DNA of 51,690 nucleotides, taken from a virus. Its lineage: Duplodnaviria > Caudoviricetes. Every line of letters begins with the position of its first letter. Within the stretch, counting starts at the first letter, position 1. The notes under the pieces were generated by a model, which made no database searches, was not told where the DNA came from, and was given only the letters and a program-made list of their open reading frames with translations. Location of the stretch: IMG/VR virus record IMGVR_UViG_3300037692_000175, positions 1-51,690 of that record; one strand, 5' to 3'. Shown here in pieces: positions 44,808-51,690 of the stretch. Both the position numbers and the translations under genes were made by a program.

Positions 44808-46811
44808 ATGGACCTTTTTCTAGATGACCCGAACGGTCTACCCAAGATTGCAGCCGCTTTCACCCGTCTCTCGGAGAATGCCGACGAGTGGACGGCGGAG
44901 ATCTTGAATGAGCTCTATCGTCAGTCTCCTTTCATCGGAGACTTCGAGCCCAAGCTGGTGATGAACGAGCTGGACCCGGAGAGGCGCTATGCCATGGGTT
45001 CAGTGGAGCTCCGCAGCAAGCAAGCTGTTAACCCTCGAGATGACCGATCCGTCATGATGGGGCAGGGGGCCAAGCAGGTTCTTATCCCTCTTGTTGTTCG
45101 AGACGGGAAGATGTCTCCTCTCGATGTCTTCATCCACAACGGCAAGGCCCAGCCGCTCACGGAGAAGCGTCTCCAGCGTGCCATGTTCCGTCCCGAGCTG
45201 TTCGAGGCAGCCGCCAAGCGCCCAGGCGACCAGGACATGATGAGCACCCTGTATCCGCCAGATCGATCTGGGGGCATGGGTCTCGGCGGTAACAGCCGAG
45301 TTGGAACTCACGAGACTGCGAAGACTGGGTCGGCGCGACCAGAGCTCTTGGATGCTATCATGCACACTGTCAAGAAGGCAGACGTGCAGCGCTTCGAGCA
45401 GGAGTTGAACAACGATCACACGCTACGGTCAGTTGTCCTCAGCAATCCGGCCACTCTTCCTTTCGTTGTCAAGCTGGCCGCGTTCAAGGAGGGTCACTCC
45501 GCCAAGGACATGCTGAAGATCGCCATGATGTCCATCAGGCCCAAGGTGGTCCAGGTGTCCAAGGTCCCGGGTGGGTTCTTGATCAAGACGGCCAACCCGG
45601 ATGCTCTCCTCCCAGAAGAGAACGAGATTGATCGTCCGACCGCAGAGGCGACAGTCGGTAGCGACATTGTGAAGCAAGTCGAGCGAGATGGCACCGTCAC
45701 AATGTCGACGAATCCCGTCGTCAAAGACTCGCTGGTAGATGCAGAGCTCAAGGTCGCCGAGGAGTTCGGCGAGTACAAGGTCCAGACGAAGGACGGCAAA
45801 GAGCTCATTGGCTGGATCTTCCCGAAGGTCATCGACCTGGATGGCACGCAGCTCGCTCTGTCTGTGTTCTCCAACGGGTCCGAGTCGGCCCTCCAAGAGA
45901 AGATCACGGCCAGTCCTGTCGGCAAGAGCACGAACATCATCGATGAGGCTCCGTCTGGTTTCGGTTGCTTCTATCTGTCTCGTGCAGGGAGCGCCGTCGC
46001 CATTGTCCCTCTCACGATCAAAGGTGAGTCACAAGACCCGGACATGACCACGGTGTTTCATGGTGAGACGGTCATGGGCGAGCCGGTGCAGATCCGTCTG
46101 GTACCCGGCATCAATGCCATCTCTCAGATCTCCGATGGGGTGTACGGTATCCCAGAAGACTGTGGATGGCTCCCGATGCGTGAGATGACCGAGCTGGCCG
46201 AGGACGCTGGAGAGTTCGGAAAGACTGCCGCGCTTCGTCGGTTCTCAGACCAAGTCCAGGTGATGTTCGAGTCTGGTGGGACGTACAGTCTTCGAGGTGC
46301 AGGCATCGAAAAGCTGGCCACGATGGTCCCCGTTCGATTCATCAACGAAGATCTAGCCGTGTACGATCTGGCCATCCTCGGCGTAGACCCCATGTTCGCG
46401 AAGACGAAGCTGGCTCAGGCTCGTCGCCTGTCCGACTGGGTCAACATCGACGGGGTAAGGCCAGTCACGTTGGCTTCGGAGAAATACAACCACGCCAAGA
46501 CCGCAGCAGCGACGTTCATCAACAAGCTGCCGCAGGTCAAGTCCCTGTTGCTGAAGGAGGCGGCGGCTCTGGACGATCCTCTTTCAGTGGACAAGGTTTT
46601 GTCCATCGGTTTCCTCAACCCCGAGAATATCGGTACGTTCATCTCGTACATCCCTGAGTTCGAGGTCACCCTGAGTCGCTTGAGCGAGCTCTTGGTGTCT
46701 TCGAGGCTTGGTCTCTCGGCGGTGGATACTGGGGCTCTGGAGCGTGTCGTGAAACATCTGGACAAGGTGATTGACGGGCTTCGCGATCTATCGCAGTCCC
46801 TGCAGGCGTAA
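44808..46811 (+). CDS. Putative head-associated protein rich in K-x-A motifs
   Basis: 667 aa; PKIAA, VKKAD, VKLAA, LKIAM, IKTAN, LKVAE, GKTAA, EKLAT, TKLAQ, AKTAA, LKEAA. Confidence 0.6.
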   Translation: MDLFLDDPNGLPKIAAAFTRLSENADEWTAEILNELYRQSPFIGDFEPKLVMNELDPERRYAMGSVELRSKQAVNPRDDRSVMMGQGAKQVLIPLVVRDGKMSPLDVFIHNGKAQPLTEKRLQRAMFRPELFEAAAKRPGDQDMMSTLYPPDRSGGMGLGGNSRVGTHETAKTGSARPELLDAIMHTVKKADVQRFEQELNNDHTLRSVVLSNPATLPFVVKLAAFKEGHSAKDMLKIAMMSIRPKVVQVSKVPGGFLIKTANPDALLPEENEIDRPTAEATVGSDIVKQVERDGTVTMSTNPVVKDSLVDAELKVAEEFGEYKVQTKDGKELIGWIFPKVIDLDGTQLALSVFSNGSESALQEKITASPVGKSTNIIDEAPSGFGCFYLSRAGSAVAIVPLTIKGESQDPDMTTVFHGETVMGEPVQIRLVPGINAISQISDGVYGIPEDCGWLPMREMTELAEDAGEFGKTAALRRFSDQVQVMFESGGTYSLRGAGIEKLATMVPVRFINEDLAVYDLAILGVDPMFAKTKLAQARRLSDWVNIDGVRPVTLASEKYNHAKTAAATFINKLPQVKSLLLKEAAALDDPLSVDKVLSIGFLNPENIGTFISYIPEFEVTLSRLSELLVSSRLGLSAVDTGALERVVKHLDKVIDGLRDLSQSLQA

Positions 46812-46838
46812 GCCTTCTTCATCTATGGGCCGGTAGAT

Positions 46839-47777
46839 ATGATTGAGGTACAACGATCCCCCAGTGAATACTATATCCGGTATTTGATCTCTACAGATCC
46901 TCCCACGGAGGAAGAGAGAGATGCCCCCGCAGATGAGGAGGATGACTTTGATTCTCCATCGTGGTCACCGGATGAGATCATCAGACACCTTGAGTCCGCA
47001 GGTCTCGAGAGTGTAAGCCCCTCCTACATTCGATCTCTTCGTAACTCCATGCTCCCCTTCCCGGAAGGGTACGATCCCAAGGCGGGGGAAGACAAAGGTA
47101 CGAGACGATGGTTGAAGCACCATCGCATCTATGACCTTTGGAATCCAAATCCCGGAGTGCGGGAAGCCCTGTTGATCTTGAATGACAGGTACCTTCGAGA
47201 GAAGATGGAACCACTCCTCCTCTCCAGCCTAACCCCGGTTCACCTAGCACGCCGGTTGAGAAAGTACACGTCCATCTGCCTGACAGCGGAGGGCGTATCT
47301 GCGTTCAGTCATTACTTCTGGAACCGGAAGCTCCTGACGCAGCACCAGTGGGTCGAGTACGCTCGGACGCGCCACAACTACAACGTGTACCTTCAGAGCC
47401 TGACGGCCCCAGCAGATCTAGTCCATCGACACTTGCCATGGGTCGCTGGTATCTCAGGACCACCGGCAGAGTTCAATAGCGCTGACGCGGCTGCCCGCGT
47501 TGGGCAGATCGCCTTCAAGCATGCACTCGAGCTAGAGCACCGTCCTGCTTCCGCAGAAACCACGATGGCCCTGCGGAACTCCATGTTGACCATCGAGAAG
47601 GCCGATGTGATCATGAGACGCAGTGATGTTGCTCTGAAGGATGTGCTCAAGCAGTTCCAGAAGTTCCGGATGAGGGTGGACGATGCACAGATCATCCCGG
47701 TGCACACGCTCTCAGCAGGTAACTACAGCAAGTCTGGTGAAGGTACAGACGCTGAAGGTGAAGACGATGACTTCTAG
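46839..47777 (+). CDS. Hypothetical protein
   Basis: 312 aa upstream of the terminase; function not recognised. Confidence 0.7.
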   Translation: MIEVQRSPSEYYIRYLISTDPPTEEERDAPADEEDDFDSPSWSPDEIIRHLESAGLESVSPSYIRSLRNSMLPFPEGYDPKAGEDKGTRRWLKHHRIYDLWNPNPGVREALLILNDRYLREKMEPLLLSSLTPVHLARRLRKYTSICLTAEGVSAFSHYFWNRKLLTQHQWVEYARTRHNYNVYLQSLTAPADLVHRHLPWVAGISGPPAEFNSADAAARVGQIAFKHALELEHRPASAETTMALRNSMLTIEKADVIMRRSDVALKDVLKQFQKFRMRVDDAQIIPVHTLSAGNYSKSGEGTDAEGEDDDF

Positions 47778-47787
47778 GAGGGCCGAC

Positions 47788-48300
47788 ATGAGTGAGAGAC
47801 AAGATCCAACGTTTCTACCTGTACCAGCATTCGCTACGGTAGAGGAGCAGATCAAGGGCGCAAAAGCCATGACCAACGCGGGTGACACCACAACACAAAA
47901 GGTGGCCGACGCTGTTCCTCTCGGTGAGCTCCTGGTCGATAACGATCTGATGCACGTCAGGTACCTAAAAAAAGAGGGGGACCTGCTGTACCACATCTTC
48001 AGAGGCAAGGCTGTGCCGCAGGAGTTCTGGGGGGAAGGGGACTACGGTCTCAAGGTCCTCGAAGCGGCGGAGCAGGCGTGGCCCACCGACAAGGTCCTGG
48101 TCGAGTTCCTTCACGAGAGCGTCCGGCAAGAAGCTGTGGAGGACGATCCCACGAAACCTCCCAAGTACCCTCCCCACTTCTATGGGGCCTACCTCGTCAC
48201 AGTTCCGCAGGTCGACTCGCGACCCTTGCCTCCTGACGAGGAGAGATTCATGAGGCTACCAAGAGCTCTGATAGATCTCCTTGGAGCGGTAGCGAGCTAA
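47788..48300 (+). CDS. Hypothetical protein
   Basis: 170 aa from ATG 47788 with AGGAGG RBS (start trimmed from the 47683 call). Confidence 0.7.
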   Translation: MSERQDPTFLPVPAFATVEEQIKGAKAMTNAGDTTTQKVADAVPLGELLVDNDLMHVRYLKKEGDLLYHIFRGKAVPQEFWGEGDYGLKVLEAAEQAWPTDKVLVEFLHESVRQEAVEDDPTKPPKYPPHFYGAYLVTVPQVDSRPLPPDEERFMRLPRALIDLLGAVAS

Positions 48301-48323
48301 AAGGGTGGGCGGTTGCCCGCCCC
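48294..48323 (-). terminator. Terminator-like hairpin with GCAA tetraloop + TTTTAGCT
   Basis: - strand GGGCGG-GCAA-CCGCCC-ACCCTTTTAGCTC. Confidence 0.6.
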
Positions 48324-48680
48324 AAAGCTCATGCCGTTCGTGTTGAGGGCTGTGTAGATGACACAGTGGCATACCACGTTTCACCTACCAGCCATCAACA
48401 CGTTGTCGGTGGGAGAGGTAGTATTGCAGATTTTCAATACGCCCAGGCCGACTCGGCATCTTAGCACGAGGTGTCTCCAGCTCTCCTCACTAGGGAGATC
48501 TCAGCGTCTGGAACGGAGAGTGGCACTCTCCAAAAGCTGTTTGTCTTGTAGTGGCAAGGCTCGGATGAAGAACCACTGTGAGGTTCAACTAGAGACTAGC
48601 AGCCACGAACGGGTTGTTCCTGCCCGTTTGATGGAAAGACGGTCCATCTCTTAGAGGAGCTAGTGAGTACTCTTCTCACT
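48296..48680 (-). ncRNA. Candidate structured non-coding RNA (~380 nt), family not recognised
   Basis: More than ten stems, including a three-way junction; no long - strand ORF; bracketed by promoter motif D and a TTAGCT terminator. Confidence 0.55.
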
Positions 48681-48683
48681 CCT

Positions 48684-48709
48684 CTAATGACAATACTGGT
48701 GACGGTTTT
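48684..48709 (-). promoter_or_regulatory. Putative phage-RNAP promoter motif, copy D
   Basis: - strand CAAAA-N16-CATTAGAG. Confidence 0.4.
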
Positions 48710-48712
48710 GTA

Positions 48713-51631
48713 ATGCTGATCGACCTAAAAAAAGCCCAGGCGCGGAAGTTGGAGAAGACTATCCGCCTCAACACTGCTGTGCAGGTCGTCAATGGCATTT
48801 CGTACAAGGAGCCGTTCTACGACTACGACGATGAGGGGGAGCCCCAAGACTACGGCTTCGACGATGAGCCGCGAGATCCAACCTCTGCTGAAGTAGCTGG
48901 CCACAACTACATCTTCAATGTCTCCCCCTCCGAGTTCGCTGAGACGGCGATCATGATTGCGGATAAGGGAGTCACGAGCAACTTCTCCTTTGATGAACGT
49001 AGGTACCTTCGCAGGGTTTACGATACTGGGTCGAGAAAGACCTTGCTCAAGTGTGGACGTCAGATCGAGAAGTCCACTACGATCGGGAACAAGCTTCTTG
49101 CCTACTCGTGCCTGAACAACCACTTCAGATCTCTGTTCGTTGCTCCTTCCGCTGACCAGTCCAAAGTCTTCTCGAACGACCGCATCTCTGAGCCCATCAG
49201 CTTGTCTCCGTCTGTGCAGGCGTATACCAACACCTCACTGACTGACGCGGTCTTCCACAAGAAGTTCATAAATTACTCGCAGATCAGACTGCGGTACGCG
49301 TACCTCAACGCTGACCGTACCCGTGGTATCCCTGCAGACTTGATTGCCATTGATGAGATCCAGGACATTCTCGTCGACAACATCCCGGTCATCGAGGAAT
49401 GTGCGTCCCACTCTGAATTCAAGATCTTCATGTATTCGGGCACGCCCAAGTCTTTGGACAACACGTTGGAGTCCTACTGGGCAAACTTCTCGACACAGAA
49501 TGAGTGGGCTGTTCCCTGCAAGCGTCACGGCACTCCAAAGAACCCGAGCTCCTGGCATTGGAACATTCTGGGTGAAGACAACATCGGCAAGGACGGTGTG
49601 ATCTGTGATCGATGCAAGCAACCCATCGATCCTATGGGGCCGGACTCTCAGTGGACATCTCTGAACCCGGTCACGAAGTACAACAAGAAGAAGGTGACGT
49701 TTGAGGGGTTCCGTATCCCTCAGTTGATGGTCCCTTGGATCATCAAGACTCGGAAGAAGTGGCTGGAGCTCCTGGAGAAGTACGAGCGGTACCCCAGGCA
49801 GAGATTCCAGAACGAGTGTCTTGGGGTCAGCTATGACTCAGGTACTCGCCCCATCACTCGAGGTCAGCTTAAGGCGTGTTGCAAAGACACGATCAGCATG
49901 GCGGACTACGAGTACTTTAGGAAGTTCAGTCAGAGCACCGATATCTTCGCGGGCATCGACTGGGGATGCCACGACGAGGAGACACGGATCCTCACCCAAG
50001 ACGGGTGGAAGTTCTTCCGCGATTTGACGGACGACGATCTGGTGGCTCAGTGGGACGCAGAGACCAGGGTGATGTCCTTGGTCAAGCCGGAGGTACGCAC
50101 GATCAGAGATTGGGACGGCCCACTTTATCACTTCGAGACGAAGGGCGGTCTGGACATGCTGCTCACCGGCACGCACCGCATGCGTGTCGGCAACCAGTAC
50201 GGTACGAGGTGGGTGACAGAGCGTGCTGACCAGACCATCGGTCGTGGAGGAAACATCAAGTTCGTGGGACACGTGGACTGGGAGGGTGAGGAGGTGGGCA
50301 CCTTCACATTGCCGGGGCTTCCCAAGAGTCCAGGCTACCGAGGGTGTGAGCCGATCACTTTCATGATGGACGACTGGCTCGAGTTCTTGGGCTACATCCT
50401 TTCAGAAGGTGGAGTTTGTCTGAAAAAGAAAGCTGCCGGAGATCTCGTACCGTACCACCTCAAGATGTCCCAGAGGGAGTCCGTCTCAGCAGAGAAGGCG
50501 AACAAGATCAAGGCGTGCATGGACCGGATGGAGATCTTGTATTCCGAGTTCCCGAACCCGGAGACTGGAGACCTGAACTGGTCGATCAACGGCGAGCAGT
50601 TCTGGCATTGGTTTGCCGAGAACATGGGGTACCCAGGAGACCAGAAGCGCATCCCACGCCAGTTCCTTGCGCTGTCCAGACGACAGCTTCAGATCTTGTT
50701 TGATGCAATGGTGCTAGGAGATGGATACATAGACGATCGAGACGGCTGCGACTCTGGAGCCTACTATTCAACATCAAAGAAGCTGTGCGAAGACTTCCAG
50801 GAGGTCTGCATCCGCATCGGTCGCAGGTGCTTGGTACGTTTGCACAAGCCTGCCGAGGGGAACCGCAAGACTCGCTGGAGAGCAATGTGGTCCAGTGGCA
50901 GAGACTTCCAGTTCAACACGCCAAACCAGAGGGTCAAGCAGATTTCTTACAAGGGTAAGGTCTACTGCTGCAAAGTTCCGTCGGGCTACATCGTGACGGA
51001 GCGCAACGGCTGCGTGGCGTACCAAGGTAACACAGGCGAGAACACCTTCACCGTACTTACCCTGGGTGCCTACCTTGGCTCGGGCAACTTCACGATCTTC
51101 TGGGCTCACAGGTTCACAGGCAAAGAGCTGGAGCCCCCTGTTCAGCTCGAGATGATTTGCACCATCCTCACCCAGTTCAACGTGTCCATTTGTGGGTGCG
51201 ACTATGGTGGTGGGTTCGACAGGAACGATCACTTGATTCGAGCCTTCGGACCGAACAAGGTTCTGAAGTACCAGTACAACTCGAACCAGAAGAAGGGGAA
51301 GGTCTGCTACGAGGAGGAGCTACGTCGCTTTGCTGTCCACCGCACTGAGGTGATGAGCGATGTCTTCAATGCGTTGACCCGTAAGCAGATTGACCTCCCG
51401 GCATGGGATGAGTTCTACGAGCCGTACGGCCAGGACATCCTCAACATCTTCAGCGAGTTCAACAGAACACGCCGGATGACCGACTACCATCACTCGTTGG
51501 GAACGACGGACGATACCTTCCACTCGATCCTATATTGCTTCCTAGCCAGCATGCTGAAGTACCCGAGGCCGGACATCATCGCTCCGATGAAGGACACGAT
51601 CGATGGTGAACCGAGGCGCAGGCGAAGGTAG
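48713..51631 (+). CDS. terL: Terminase large subunit (lambda gpA-like) containing an intein
   Basis: KCGRQIEKST (Walker A-like), IAIDEIQD (Walker B), SGTPK, Zn ribbon, GFRIPQL, FQNECLG, nuclease GIDWG, DDTFHS; exact start uncertain. Confidence 0.9.
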   Translation: MLIDLKKAQARKLEKTIRLNTAVQVVNGISYKEPFYDYDDEGEPQDYGFDDEPRDPTSAEVAGHNYIFNVSPSEFAETAIMIADKGVTSNFSFDERRYLRRVYDTGSRKTLLKCGRQIEKSTTIGNKLLAYSCLNNHFRSLFVAPSADQSKVFSNDRISEPISLSPSVQAYTNTSLTDAVFHKKFINYSQIRLRYAYLNADRTRGIPADLIAIDEIQDILVDNIPVIEECASHSEFKIFMYSGTPKSLDNTLESYWANFSTQNEWAVPCKRHGTPKNPSSWHWNILGEDNIGKDGVICDRCKQPIDPMGPDSQWTSLNPVTKYNKKKVTFEGFRIPQLMVPWIIKTRKKWLELLEKYERYPRQRFQNECLGVSYDSGTRPITRGQLKACCKDTISMADYEYFRKFSQSTDIFAGIDWGCHDEETRILTQDGWKFFRDLTDDDLVAQWDAETRVMSLVKPEVRTIRDWDGPLYHFETKGGLDMLLTGTHRMRVGNQYGTRWVTERADQTIGRGGNIKFVGHVDWEGEEVGTFTLPGLPKSPGYRGCEPITFMMDDWLEFLGYILSEGGVCLKKKAAGDLVPYHLKMSQRESVSAEKANKIKACMDRMEILYSEFPNPETGDLNWSINGEQFWHWFAENMGYPGDQKRIPRQFLALSRRQLQILFDAMVLGDGYIDDRDGCDSGAYYSTSKKLCEDFQEVCIRIGRRCLVRLHKPAEGNRKTRWRAMWSSGRDFQFNTPNQRVKQISYKGKVYCCKVPSGYIVTERNGCVAYQGNTGENTFTVLTLGAYLGSGNFTIFWAHRFTGKELEPPVQLEMICTILTQFNVSICGCDYGGGFDRNDHLIRAFGPNKVLKYQYNSNQKKGKVCYEEELRRFAVHRTEVMSDVFNALTRKQIDLPAWDEFYEPYGQDILNIFSEFNRTRRMTDYHHSLGTTDDTFHSILYCFLASMLKYPRPDIIAPMKDTIDGEPRRRRR
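49967..51031 (+). mobile_element. Intein (355 aa) with LAGLIDADG homing endonuclease
   Basis: Block A CHDEETRILTQDGW, block B LTGTHRM, FLGYILSEGG and LFDAMVLGDG, block F/G VYCCKVP...YQGN followed by Thr. Confidence 0.92.
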
Positions 51632-51654
51632 CTAAGAAGAAGCCCCGAAGGGCT
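51629..51654 (-). terminator. Terminator of a convergent - strand unit beyond the window (UUCG hairpin + TTAGCT)
   Basis: - strand AGCCC-TTCG-GGGCT-TCTTCTTAGCTA. Confidence 0.65.
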
Positions 51655-51690
51655 GAGAGGGAGGGATGCCCCCTACACCTGTGTGTAGGG

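Noticed and set aside
29253-46811. Major capsid protein assignment for the 415-, 473- or 667-aa proteins
   Set aside because: No HK97-fold features recognisable by eye; a profile search would be needed
48358-48654. 98-aa + strand ORF
   Set aside because: Atypical Ser/Arg/Leu/Cys-rich composition, weak RBS, and full overlap with dense RNA-like structure oriented on the - strand; not fully excluded
48296-48680. tmRNA, RNase P RNA or tRNA identity for the structured region
   Set aside because: No tRNA-like ends, T-loop/CCA or GAGGAAAGTCC hallmark found

Overview
This window is part of a large tailed dsDNA phage genome, probably a contractile-tailed (myovirus-like) phage. It is gene-dense and strongly partitioned by strand. 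The + strand carries virion and morphogenesis genes: baseplate/tail proteins, a beta-helix tailspike, lysis-like membrane proteins, a portal, a baseplate spike and an intein-containing terminase large subunit. It also carries a 2066-aa single-polypeptide RNA polymerase in which bacterial-type beta and beta' are fused. The - strand carries a ~17 kb replication/recombination operon (SF2 helicase, family-4 UDG, DUF932-like, Hfq-like, DnaB, primase, SSB, family A DNA polymerase, RecA, Cas4-like and RusA-like nucleases) plus two small units. Structure not explained by the gene calls: (1) a non-sigma70 motif AAA(A/T)-N16-(T/C)(A/T)T(A/T)AG precedes all four - strand units, while sigma70-like promoters precede + strand genes including the RNAP gene; (2) four hairpin terminators end in a shared TTAGCT; (3) a ~380-nt highly structured candidate ncRNA lies upstream of the terminase, bracketed by that promoter motif and terminator; (4) five unrelated proteins share an N-terminal F-x-x-E-L...K-x-A/G leader, and two others carry many K-x-A motifs, suggesting capsid targeting and protease processing; (5) a candidate -1 frameshift (G GGA AAC plus hairpin). 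Protein calls come from motif recognition by eye; no searches were run. No major capsid, sheath, alpha-subunit, sigma-factor, tRNA, rRNA or CRISPR features were recognised.
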